Shown here piece after piece: positions 54,024 through 62,448 of a DNA stretch of 64,000 nt. The first letter of the stretch is position 1, and the number at the start of each line of letters is the position of its first letter. The DNA is from an uncultured Clostridia bacterium (GTDB taxonomy: Bacteria; Bacillota; Clostridia; Oscillospirales; JAAYOS01): positions 5,361-69,360 of the forward strand of contig CANRIN010000001.1 of the NCBI GenBank assembly GCA_947630675.1, read 5' to 3'. The position numbers and the translations under genes were made by a program. Below the pieces are notes generated by a model. That model saw only the letters and a program-made list of their open reading frames with translations, made no database searches and was not told the origin of the DNA.

Positions 54024-54305
54024 ATTGCAGAACCGCACGACCGGCTTTGTGCGTGTCTGCCGCCCGCTTTCCGGCAAAGAGACTCAGACACGGCTGCCCC
54101 GCGGCACATCGGCAGTCACTGCTTAATGCTGCTCGGTTCCCCGCCTGACATGGTTCGCAGGCTCCGATTGCGCGGGACCGTATCCTCAACATCCCCGTAC
54201 CGGGGCTGCCACCGACAGACTCCGCCCGGGGCCGGTCATCACCCCAACTGTAGCGGATTGAAGGTACAGGGCGCCGCTGCTGCCCCGGCTGTGCGGTTCT
54301 GCAAT
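54024..54305 (-). ncRNA. ffs: Signal recognition particle RNA, long (Bacillus/Clostridia) type with Alu domain
   Basis: On the minus strand, GGCGCCCTGTACCTTCAATCCGCTACAG (Alu domain) and GTCAGGCGGGGAACCGAGCAGCATTAAG (domain IV GGAA/AGCA) match the B. subtilis scRNA. The terminal helix TTGCAGAACCGCAC.../...GTGCGGTTCTGCAA closes the molecule. The scr-dnaX-ybaB-recR order is conserved. Confidence 0.88.
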
Positions 54306-54481
54306 ATGACGTATATAATATGCGTAAATAAGTATACCACAAACCTCTCTGTTTAGCAAGCACAGAAAAATTTCTTTGCGGAGCGCGATTTTTTAATGAT
54401 TTGTTTATTGCTATTTGAAATGATTTGTGTAAAATATAGAGGTAATGATTTTGTTCAAAAGTGTACGGAAAGGATGTACCG

Positions 54482-55171
54482 ATGGAAGAAGAGAAGAACC
54501 TTCCGACGGAGGGCGTCGAGGCGGAGGACACCGGCGAGGACGGAGAGGCTCCTGCGGCAGAGTCGAACGAAAAGCACGGCGTCAGCACTGAGGGCAAGCT
54601 CGCGGCGTGGTTCGGGCTCGGGCTCACGATAGTCGTCTGCGTCGGCGTGGGTATAATGATAATGCGGCTCGGCGTTCTGGAGAGCGTCGAGAGGATACGC
54701 GGCTGGGTCACGGCGCTGGGGCCGTTCGGCCCGATAGCGGTCTATGCCGCGCAGGTGGCGCAGGTAATACTGCGCTTCGTGCCGGGCGGAGTTACCTGCA
54801 CCGCGAGCGTGCTGATATACGGGCCGGTGTGGGGGTTCGTGATAAGCTACGCGGGGCTCCTCACGGGCTGTGTGCTTGTCTATCTGCTCGTTCACAAGTA
54901 CGGCATACGCATTGCGGAGCGGCTTGCGGGGCGTGAAAACCTCGAGAAATACTGGAAGTGGACGAGCGGACGGCGCTTCGATGTCATCTTCCTCGTCACG
55001 GCGATACTGCCCGCGTTCCCGGACGACATAATATGCGTCGCGGCGTCGCTGACGAAAATATCCTTCAAAAAGTATTTCATCATCTGCGCACTGGGGCGTT
55101 CGTTCGGGCTCATCCTCTACTCGCTCGCGGGCGCGGGCGTGTTCGCGTGGCTCGGCATCGGCCTCGGCTGA
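54482..55171 (+). CDS. TVP38/TMEM64 (DedA-related) family membrane protein
   Basis: GAAAGGA RBS before ATG 54482 (alternative GTG at 54461). Motifs FVPGGVTCTASVLIYGP and ILPAFPDDIICVAASLT. Confidence 0.8.
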   Translation: MEEEKNLPTEGVEAEDTGEDGEAPAAESNEKHGVSTEGKLAAWFGLGLTIVVCVGVGIMIMRLGVLESVERIRGWVTALGPFGPIAVYAAQVAQVILRFVPGGVTCTASVLIYGPVWGFVISYAGLLTGCVLVYLLVHKYGIRIAERLAGRENLEKYWKWTSGRRFDVIFLVTAILPAFPDDIICVAASLTKISFKKYFIICALGRSFGLILYSLAGAGVFAWLGIGLG

Positions 55172-55241
55172 CCGCAGCCCGGCGACAGACCTCGCAGTAG
55201 AAGTCTGCGATATCTTTACGATATTTGGAGGCGCATTTCAA

Positions 55242-55925
55242 ATGTTTCACGCATCCGGAGAGATGTGGAAGCGGGCGGTGCTCGCAACGCTCTTTCTCGT
55301 GCTCATGTACGTCTGGTTCCTGCTCTGCGAACGGACGGTGCAGGTCCCGACCTACATAGTCTATCATCCGCTCGACCAGAGGATACCGTTCATCCCGCAG
55401 TTCATAATTCCGTACTATCTGTGGTACGCCTATATAAGCATACCGATAATCTGGCTCTTTTTCGTCTCGCCGGAGGACTATGTAAAGGGCATGATCTTCC
55501 TCGGGATGGCGCTGTTCGTGAGCTGCCTCGTTTACACGATAGCCCCGAACGGACAGCGGCTCCGTCCGCGCTACCTCGGGGACGGGTTCTTCGAGCGGTG
55601 GGTCGCGTTCACATACAGCGTGGATTCGCCGAACAACGTCTCGCCGAGCCTCCACGTCCTCGACAGCATCGCCGTCCACTCGGCGCTGATGGGCTGCCGG
55701 AAGTTCCGGCGCTGCCGTCCGGCGGTGATGATAAGCGCTGTGGTCTGTGTCGCGTGCAGCATCTCGACCGTGTTCGTCAAGCAGCACTCGATATTCGATA
55801 TCTTCGTGTCGATACCGCTCGGCGCGATAATCTGGTTCGGTATCTACGGCATACCGCGGATGATAAAGTACCGCCGCGAGCATCCGGGATACAGGCTCAG
55901 GCAGTGGTTCAGGTTCAAGTTCTGA
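55242..55925 (+). CDS. PAP2-superfamily integral membrane protein (PAP2_C/sphingomyelin-synthase-like)
   Basis: Six hydrophobic segments. SPSLHV and KQHSIFD motifs. Confidence 0.65.
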   Translation: MFHASGEMWKRAVLATLFLVLMYVWFLLCERTVQVPTYIVYHPLDQRIPFIPQFIIPYYLWYAYISIPIIWLFFVSPEDYVKGMIFLGMALFVSCLVYTIAPNGQRLRPRYLGDGFFERWVAFTYSVDSPNNVSPSLHVLDSIAVHSALMGCRKFRRCRPAVMISAVVCVACSISTVFVKQHSIFDIFVSIPLGAIIWFGIYGIPRMIKYRREHPGYRLRQWFRFKF

Positions 55926-56003
55926 TTTCCCCGGGCGGGAGCTTGCGGCAAACCAAAGCAAAACGAAAGGGCGGCGCACATTGCGCCGCCCTTTTTCGTA
56001 CCG

Positions 56004-56627
56004 TTATTCTTCTTTGGATCGTTCAACGTCCCCGGAGGCGTCGTCCGTATCGCTTCCGGCCTCTGCTTCAGCCGCGGCGGCCGCTTTTTCCTCTGCTTTG
56101 CGCTTTTTGGCCTCCGCTATCCGCTCTTTCATAAAGGGCAGGAAGTCGGCGGCGTCTCCCTCTGTGAACGCGTCCCGCTTCACATGGTAGGCGGAGGAAG
56201 GATTCAGCCAGAGGCAGAACCACTCGCCGTTCTCGGTGGCGTCGGCAAACTCGGAATAATCGAGCTCGGTGGTCTTGCCGGCGTCCTCGACCTCGAGCGA
56301 TTCATCGCCGAAGCGGGTCTCACGCCGCCACACTCCGCCCGGCTTGCTCTTCAGCACACGGCGAAAGTCGCGGCGGTGCTTCAGCCCGTCGAGAAGGAAC
56401 TGCTTGAGCGTGATGTAGCCCGCCGCCACGCAGCCGACGATGACGTAGAGCATGTTGTCTGCACCGAGCCCGTAGACCGCCACGCCCACGGACACCGCAA
56501 GCTCGGCAAAGAAGAGTATCAGCATCATCTTGGCGTTCTTCTTTGCCACCGGCCCGATGGGATGCTTTGACCAGTCCATGTATACGCTTTCGGTTATGTC
56601 GAAGGAATTTACGAAGCGGGGATTCAT
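56004..56627 (-). CDS. YcxB-like membrane protein
   Basis: Two TM helices followed by a YcxB-type domain (WFCLWLNPSSAYHVKRDAF). Its start overlaps the upstream PAP2 stop by 4 nt. Confidence 0.65.
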   Translation of the reverse strand: MNPRFVNSFDITESVYMDWSKHPIGPVAKKNAKMMLILFFAELAVSVGVAVYGLGADNMLYVIVGCVAAGYITLKQFLLDGLKHRRDFRRVLKSKPGGVWRRETRFGDESLEVEDAGKTTELDYSEFADATENGEWFCLWLNPSSAYHVKRDAFTEGDAADFLPFMKERIAEAKKRKAEEKAAAAAEAEAGSDTDDASGDVERSKEE

Positions 56628-57217
56628 TGAGTTTTCTCCTTTCCGGCGGCGCGCCGCGCGGACGCGGCCTTAACGATGTGTGCCACGATGAGCGCGGCGA
56701 CAAGTCCGCAGAACGTGCCGATCACGGCGCCCGCCGCGACGTCGCTCGGGTAGTGGACGAGCACGACCACGCGGGAGACGCCTATCGCCGCCGCGAATGT
56801 CACGAGCGCTCGTCCAACGCCGCGAGGCTCGCCGCAGAAACGGCGGCAGAGCGCGAACGCGACCGCACCCGCGAAGGAAACGCTCGTGTGTCCGGACGGG
56901 AAGGAGTAGTCGTCAGGACGCGGAGCCTTCGGGATGAAGGTGTAGAGGTCATACGGGCGAGGCCGCGCGACGAGCGGCTTTATCGTGAGATTGGTGATAA
57001 TAAGGCTCAGCAGCAGCGCGAGAAGCATCGAGACGCCACACTTCCGCGTCTGCGGCAGCGCGGCGAGCACCGCCGCGAGCAGCACCCAGAATATCCCGCC
57101 GTCTCCGAAGAGCGCGAGCACGCGCGAGAGCCGCGCGAGTATCGGAATGTCTATCGACTGAAAGAAGCCGAGTATCGCGACGTCTATGTTTTCTATGAAC
57201 CCGGGCATCACAGTCAC
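56624..57217 (-). CDS. PAP2-family lipid phosphatase (BcrC/PgpB type)
   Basis: KPLVARPRP, PSGHTS and SRVVVLVHYPSDV motifs. Confidence 0.85.
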   Translation of the reverse strand: MTVMPGFIENIDVAILGFFQSIDIPILARLSRVLALFGDGGIFWVLLAAVLAALPQTRKCGVSMLLALLLSLIITNLTIKPLVARPRPYDLYTFIPKAPRPDDYSFPSGHTSVSFAGAVAFALCRRFCGEPRGVGRALVTFAAAIGVSRVVVLVHYPSDVAAGAVIGTFCGLVAALIVAHIVKAASARRAAGKEKTQ

Positions 57218-57299
57218 CTCCTCGGTCGTATATATAATGTATTACATATTATACTCCGAAAAGCGGAACAGAGCAATCCGATTTTTAGAAGAAAGAATC

Positions 57300-57690
57300 T
57301 CGCCGGCGCAAACCCGCCGCCGAGTCCGGCCAGCCTCGCTAAAGCTCGCTGCCAGCTTCAAAAGCCTCGCAGAGAATGCGCCCGCGAACCTCTACCGCAC
57401 TCAACCCTCTACCGGGCGCATCAGCATTCGGCGCTCCGCGCCGACGTCCCGCCAAAAGCCTCGCAGAGTTTCGCCGCTAAAGCGGCGAAATAAACTCTAA
57501 TCATTTTCGGCGGCGGCGTGTACGTCGCCGAAAATACCTCTCACGGAGCGTGCGTCGATTTTCCGCCGAAGGCGGAAAACTCGGCGCGTAGCGGAGTGTT
57601 GCCGCCGGCAGAGCTTTGCTCTGTCCGGCGGCCTCGCTGTGAATAGGTGCAGGAGCGGGCAAAGCCCGCTCCTGCACCTATTCACAGCGA
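57300..57690 (+). repeat. Modular hairpin repeat, locus 7 (type-B module plus full core plus 25-bp terminal hairpin)
   Basis: Type-B 57374-57450. Core from 57458 with M1 57469-57490, M2 about 57503-57536 and M4 57601-57632. Perfect hairpin 57636-57688. Confidence 0.85.
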
Positions 57691-57728
57691 AAAAACACGG
57701 GGAAGCTGCGTTATCACGCAGCTTCCCC
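57690..57728 (-). terminator. Terminator of the zinc-ribbon gene
   Basis: GGGGAAGCTGCG-loop-CGCAGCTTCCCC followed by GTGTTTTTT on the minus strand. Confidence 0.8.
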
Positions 57729-57758
57729 ATGTGCAGGCAGTCCTGTGGACCGAGCAGC

Positions 57759-58043
57759 TTAAAGGCTTCCGTTTTCGCGGAGCTTGGCGAAGCACTCGCT
57801 GCAGTATACCGGACGGTCGGTCTTCGGCTCGAACGGTACACGCGCCTCTTTGCCGCAGTTGGCGCAGGTGGCGGTGAAGTACTCGCGCGGTCCGCGCGCG
57901 GCGGCCTTGCGGGCGTCACGGCACTTCTTGCAGCGCTGGGGCTCATTCTGGAAGCCGCGCTCTGCGTAGAATTCCTGCTCGCCGGCGGTGAAGACGAACT
58001 CCTCGCCGCACTCTTTACAAACTAATACCTTGTCCTCGTACAT
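57759..58043 (-). CDS. Double zinc-ribbon protein (zf-trcl-like)
   Basis: CKECGEEFVFTAGEQEFY...RCKKCR and CANCG...RPVYCSEC. Confidence 0.75.
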   Translation of the reverse strand: MYEDKVLVCKECGEEFVFTAGEQEFYAERGFQNEPQRCKKCRDARKAAARGPREYFTATCANCGKEARVPFEPKTDRPVYCSECFAKLRENGSL

Positions 58044-58153
58044 TTCCTGATCCCTCGTTTGAAATAAGACTTTTTACCGCAGGACGGATTTTCACCGCCA
58101 TCTCAGACTCTGCGCTCTTGTTGAGCTACTGCGGCATATATGCAAAAACGGCG

Positions 58154-58756
58154 TCAGCCGTTGCTGCCCTGTTCGGTGAGGCGGAGGAGCTTTCTCCTTA
58201 TCCGCCCTATGGCGTTATCTATCGACTTTCCCGGCTTCGAGAGCCGTTCGGCGATCTCCGCCGTCGCCAGTCCCTCGAGGTAGAGGTCGAGCACCTTCGC
58301 CTCGAACCGGCTGAGCGCCGCGCGGAACTCGCGGAGGCGTTCAAGGTAGCTCTCGCGTTCGAGAAGCACCTCGGCGGGGTCGGAGGCGTGTCCGGCGGGG
58401 AGACCGTCGTCCTCCGCAACGTCTCCGAGCGGGAGATAGTCGCGGAGCGGGAGGTGCTTTATCCGGGAGGCGGCGCGCTCGACCGAAATCATCCGGTTCC
58501 GCACGCACCGCTGCGCAAAGGCGGAAAAGCCGCCGCGCGCCGGGTCGAACTCGCGTATCGCACTGACGAGCCCGAGCATCCCCTCCTGAATGAGGTCCTC
58601 CTGGTCGCCGCCGGCGAGGTAGTACGACCGCGCGGCCGCGCGGACTATGTAAAAATAGCGTTCGGCGAGGACGTTTTCCGCTTCACGGCTCCCTTCACGG
58701 GCGAGCCGGCAGAGCTCCTCGTCATTCAGACCGGTCAAATTTCCATATTTCAACAT
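58154..58756 (-). CDS. sigH: Sporulation-initiation sigma factor SigH-like (sigma-70 family)
   Basis: ARSYYLAGGDQEDLIQEGMLGL, FSAFAQRCVRNRMIS and KSIDNAIGRIRRKL parallel B. subtilis SigH. Confidence 0.8.
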   Translation of the reverse strand: MLKYGNLTGLNDEELCRLAREGSREAENVLAERYFYIVRAAARSYYLAGGDQEDLIQEGMLGLVSAIREFDPARGGFSAFAQRCVRNRMISVERAASRIKHLPLRDYLPLGDVAEDDGLPAGHASDPAEVLLERESYLERLREFRAALSRFEAKVLDLYLEGLATAEIAERLSKPGKSIDNAIGRIRRKLLRLTEQGSNG

Positions 58757-58977
58757 TTAACACCACCAGTAATTATAGGATAAAATCATAAAAAGTCAAG
58801 AGCAATTTTAAAGATTTTGTGAAATTATTCAAAATTTCAAGTTTCTCCGACGCCTGACGCCGCGCATTTCCCGCGTGTTTGCGCAAAACCGTTGTTTTTT
58901 TGGGGGGCTTGTGTTATACTAACCATGTATATACGCGCGCATGTGCGCGGACAATTTTGAGGAGAGGAGCAAGCGTT

Positions 58978-59292
58978 ATGCTTCACATTACAAAGGAGAA
59001 CTTTCAGACAGAGGTAGTGGAGAGCGACCGTCCCGTAGTCGTCGACTTCTGGGCGGAGTGGTGCGGCCCGTGCAAGATGGCGGCGCCGATATTCGAGTCG
59101 CTCGCGGAAAAGCACGGCGACAAGATAAAGTTTGCTAAGCTCAATATCGACGAGCAGGGAGAGCTCGCGGTGATGAACCGCGTAATGAGCATCCCGACCT
59201 TCATCGTCTTCGACGGCGGCAAGGCCGTGGACAGGATGATCGGCCTCAGCTCGGAGGAGGAGCTTGAGGAATTCGTAACGGCGCGGCGCTGA
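58978..59292 (+). CDS. trxA: Thioredoxin
   Basis: VVDFWAEWCGPCKM active site. GAGGAG RBS before ATG 58978. Confidence 0.93.
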   Translation: MLHITKENFQTEVVESDRPVVVDFWAEWCGPCKMAAPIFESLAEKHGDKIKFAKLNIDEQGELAVMNRVMSIPTFIVFDGGKAVDRMIGLSSEEELEEFVTARR

Positions 59293-59330
59293 AGCACCGC
59301 GTCCTCGGGGACTGCCGGGGGGAGAGAGAT

Positions 59331-59990
59331 ATGGACATAAACAAAAGGCTGCGCCGCGCGCTTCTCGGCGGCTTCAACAGCAGAGACGTCGTCGCTTACA
59401 TAGATACGCTCACCGAGCAGCACCGTATGGAGACGGCGGAGCTCAGGCGCGAGCTCGACCGCGTCACGGGCGAGCGGGACGCCGCCCTGCGCGACGGAGG
59501 CGATGCCGACGGTATTCGCCGCTCGCTCGAGGAGGCGGAGGCGGCGCTCGCGGAGAAGTCGTCCGAGCTCGAGCAGGTCACGGGCGAGCGGGACGCGCTC
59601 CGCGGCGAGCTCGCGGACGCGCGCGAAAAGCTCGGGCGCTATGAGTCCGCCGACACCGAGCTCTCGGAGAAGCTCGCGGAGCTGGAGCGCGTCAAGGCGC
59701 GCGTCACCGATATCGAGCTCGAAGCACACGAGCGCGCCCGCGTGATAGAGAAGAACGCGGCGGAGCGCGCCGAGTCGGTGAGGCGCGAGAGCGAGGAGCT
59801 GCTGCGCGACGCGTGCCGCAGATACGGCGCGGCGCGTGTGTCCGCCGCCGGAGCGATAGAGGACGGCATCGGCGCCGTCGACCGGCTGCGCGGCGAAATG
59901 GCGGAGCTTCTCCGCAGTCTCGACGGTATAGGCGAAAAGCTCGGCGGGATAGACCCCGGAGAGCCCGCGAGCGGGGACGACGGCGAGTGA
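59331..59990 (+). CDS. DivIVA-domain coiled-coil protein
   Basis: The N-terminal LLGGFNSRDVVAYIDTL resembles the DivIVA N-domain. The remainder is a charged heptad-rich coiled coil. Confidence 0.5.
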   Translation: MDINKRLRRALLGGFNSRDVVAYIDTLTEQHRMETAELRRELDRVTGERDAALRDGGDADGIRRSLEEAEAALAEKSSELEQVTGERDALRGELADAREKLGRYESADTELSEKLAELERVKARVTDIELEAHERARVIEKNAAERAESVRRESEELLRDACRRYGAARVSAAGAIEDGIGAVDRLRGEMAELLRSLDGIGEKLGGIDPGEPASGDDGE

Positions 59991-60088
59991 AACGTCTCGC
60001 CGGTCGTCATAAATGACAAAAGCCTTTTTTGAGACGGTTGATTTTCAAAAGGGCTTTTGTGCAGTATGACTAAAATGCGGCTCGTGAG

Positions 60089-60120
60089 CTGCCCCGCGCG
60101 GATGCGCGGGGCGCAGTTTT
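60089..60120 (+). terminator. Rho-independent terminator
   Basis: CTGCCCCGCGC-GGAT-GCGCGGGGCAG followed by TTTT. Confidence 0.75.
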
Positions 60121-60276
60121 CCCTAAACAATCGCATTTATTTCGGAACGGCGTGATTTTGCGCCGTAAATATTAAAAAAGTGTGAAAGTTTTCGACTTCA
60201 AGTTTGTGGAAACGCACAGTAATTAAAACGCGCATTCGAGGAAATTCGTCGAAAATGCAGATAACGGAGATGAAAA

Positions 60277-60299
60277 TTTGTTAAAAATTTTTTAACAAA
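60277..60299. promoter_or_regulatory. AT-rich palindrome immediately upstream of the -35 (UP-element or activator site)
   Basis: TTTGTTAAAAATTTTTTAACAAA (11-bp arms, 1-nt centre) ends 4 nt before the -35. Confidence 0.4.
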
Positions 60300-60303
60300 C
60301 CTC

Positions 60304-60332
60304 TTGCGCGTTTAAAAAATCTGCTATATAAT
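60304..60332 (+). promoter_or_regulatory. Promoter of SBP gene 1
   Basis: TTGCGC, 17 nt spacer, TATAAT within TGCTATATAAT. Confidence 0.55.
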
Positions 60333-60393
60333 ACAGAGGTCAGACGGACAGGTATATCCTGCCCAAAAAAATAATGTAGGAGGTCTACACGCA

Positions 60394-62133
60394 ATGAAGA
60401 AGTTTATTGCCCTTCTTCTCGCTCTGCTGATGATGGCGGGTCTGCTGGCCGGCTGCGGCGGCGGCGGCGAGGAGACAACTTCCCAAGAGCCTTCTTCCGG
60501 GACGACGAGCACCGAGCCCACCAACGCCCCGACCTATGAGGCTCCGACGGAGAGCGTAGAGCCGACCGAGATCGAGCTGCCGCTTGTTGAAGACATCCAT
60601 GAGTTCGAGTATTGGATTGCCAACGGCTACTCCTTCGAAGAGTTCTCGACCTACGCGGACAACCTGTTCTTCCAGTGGATGGAAGATCAGACCAACGTCC
60701 ACATCAAGTGGAACCACCCCGCTTCCGGCTCCGAGAGCGAGGCATTCCAGACCATGATCCTTTCGAATGAGCTTCCTGACTTCATCCAGTCGGTCAAGAA
60801 CTACTACACCGGCGGCGTCGACAAGATGGTCAATGACGGATATCTCCAGCCCCTCAACGATTACATGGACCTTATGCCCAACTACAAGGCTAAGCTCTAT
60901 CGTGACGAGGAGACCTTCATTCAGGGCGTTTCCGATGAAGGCAACATCTGGGCCATCCACCACATAGTCGACGTCCCGCAGGGCGCGTGGTTCGGCTTCG
61001 GCGTCCGTCAGGACTGGCTCGATGACCTCGGCATCGACATCAGCACCGCCGAGACCATCGATGGCCTCGAGACCATCCTCACCGCGTTCAAGGACAAGAC
61101 CTACAACCATGTTGGTCCGCTGTGGCTGTCGAACGGCGGCTTCAGCCCGTCCCACGCTCTTAACGGCTCCTACGGCGTTACCGGCGTCAACAACGGCGCT
61201 ATCATGCAGAAGGGCGAGACCGCTGTTTACACCGCTCTCGAGCCCGGCTTCAAGGATTACGTCGCTAAGATAGCTGACTGGTATGCCAAGGGCCTCGTTC
61301 ACAGCGAGTACATAGCCACCGCTTCCTGGTCGACTCCTGAGGACCGTTGGGTCAACAGCGAGGTCGGCGTGGGCGACTTCATCTACACCTCTGATAAGCT
61401 GTACGCTGCTTCCGCTGCGATAAGCGAGCTCCAGCCCGATCCGGACTTCAAGCTCAGCGCTATCTCCAGCCCGAAGCTCGACGCGAGCATGGATTGGTCC
61501 GACATCCATCTCCGCAACAACCAGGATAAGATCCGTTCCGGCAACTCCATGGGCATCACCACCCAGTGCAACGACCTCGAGCTTGCCTGCAAGTATTGGA
61601 ACTACGCCTGGAGCGAAGAGGGCATCGAGGCTTCCAACTGGGGCCCGTACCTCGGTGAAGAGGGCGACACCAACGCCACTTACTTCATCGATCCCGATGA
61701 TACCAATGGCGACGGTCACGTCGAGTGCTATCAGCCTTGGCTGATGGAGAAGTACAACAACGTCACCAACGTCCAGGTCAAGGTCGCTTGCCACAACCTG
61801 CCGACCTACTCCATCTGGAGCCGTGAATGGTGCACGCTTGAGCCGTACCAGATCGAGTACACCGAGATTTGGGACCGCGTTGGCGCTGAGTACTGCTGGC
61901 CTGAGGGCGTTACCCTCACCACCGACGAAGGCACCCGCGCATCGGCTATCATGACCGACTGCAACGGCATCGTCAACGAATGGGTCGCTAACGTTGTTAC
62001 CGGCACCACCAGCGTCGACACTTACGACGATATGTGCAAGCAGCTCAAGGACAACAACATCGATGAGGCTGTTGCCTGCTACCAGGCTGCTCTTAGCCGT
62101 TACAACGAGCGTATCAAGTACATGGGCCAGTAA
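60394..62133 (+). CDS. Large extracellular solute-binding lipoprotein of a carbohydrate ABC transporter (LplA-like)
   Basis: AGGAGG RBS and LLAGCGGGG lipobox. About 580 aa, which fits the large family-1 SBPs. Confidence 0.85.
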   Translation: MKKFIALLLALLMMAGLLAGCGGGGEETTSQEPSSGTTSTEPTNAPTYEAPTESVEPTEIELPLVEDIHEFEYWIANGYSFEEFSTYADNLFFQWMEDQTNVHIKWNHPASGSESEAFQTMILSNELPDFIQSVKNYYTGGVDKMVNDGYLQPLNDYMDLMPNYKAKLYRDEETFIQGVSDEGNIWAIHHIVDVPQGAWFGFGVRQDWLDDLGIDISTAETIDGLETILTAFKDKTYNHVGPLWLSNGGFSPSHALNGSYGVTGVNNGAIMQKGETAVYTALEPGFKDYVAKIADWYAKGLVHSEYIATASWSTPEDRWVNSEVGVGDFIYTSDKLYAASAAISELQPDPDFKLSAISSPKLDASMDWSDIHLRNNQDKIRSGNSMGITTQCNDLELACKYWNYAWSEEGIEASNWGPYLGEEGDTNATYFIDPDDTNGDGHVECYQPWLMEKYNNVTNVQVKVACHNLPTYSIWSREWCTLEPYQIEYTEIWDRVGAEYCWPEGVTLTTDEGTRASAIMTDCNGIVNEWVANVVTGTTSVDTYDDMCKQLKDNNIDEAVACYQAALSRYNERIKYMGQ

Positions 62134-62174
62134 TTCAGAATTGAATTCGGCACTGTAAAGATCCGCAATTAGAA

Positions 62175-62207
62175 GTGTCCCCGCCGCAAGGCGGGGACAC
62201 TTTTTTT
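62175..62207 (+). terminator. Rho-independent terminator
   Basis: GTGTCCCCGCC-GCAA-GGCGGGGACAC followed by TTTTTTT. Confidence 0.85.
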
Positions 62208-62360
62208 GTCAAACCCGAGCGGCCCTCGCCGTCTCGGGTTTGATGTGTGCGGGAATTCGCGATTGGCGGCATTTTTCCGGTGTTACGGCGCAGAACAAAA
62301 CACTGACAAAAATTTCCTGAAGCAAATCGGAAGTTTGTGGAAATTGTTTAAAGAAAAGTA

Positions 62361-62389
62361 TTGCATTTGCCGAAAATGTGCTATATAAT
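62361..62389 (+). promoter_or_regulatory. Promoter of SBP gene 2
   Basis: TTGCAT, 17 nt spacer, TATAAT within TGTGCTATATAAT. Confidence 0.6.
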
Positions 62390-62448
62390 ACAATCGTTCA
62401 AAAAGACAGGAGATCCTGCCAAAAATTTGTTAGGAGGTCACACACGCA

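Noticed and set aside
53989-54711. The 240-codon N-terminal extension of dnaX offered by the ORF track (52177-54711).
   Set aside because: The conserved DnaX N-terminus (MARALYRKWRP...) starts at 53988 with its own RBS. The extension runs across the SRP RNA gene and has no protein-like features.
58817-58834. A Rex-box-like sequence TTGTGAAATTATTCAAAA between sigH and trxA.
   Set aside because: It has one mismatch in the second half-site, occurs only once, and lies in an AT-rich spacer where such matches arise by chance. It is worth testing only with a genome-wide Rex motif scan.
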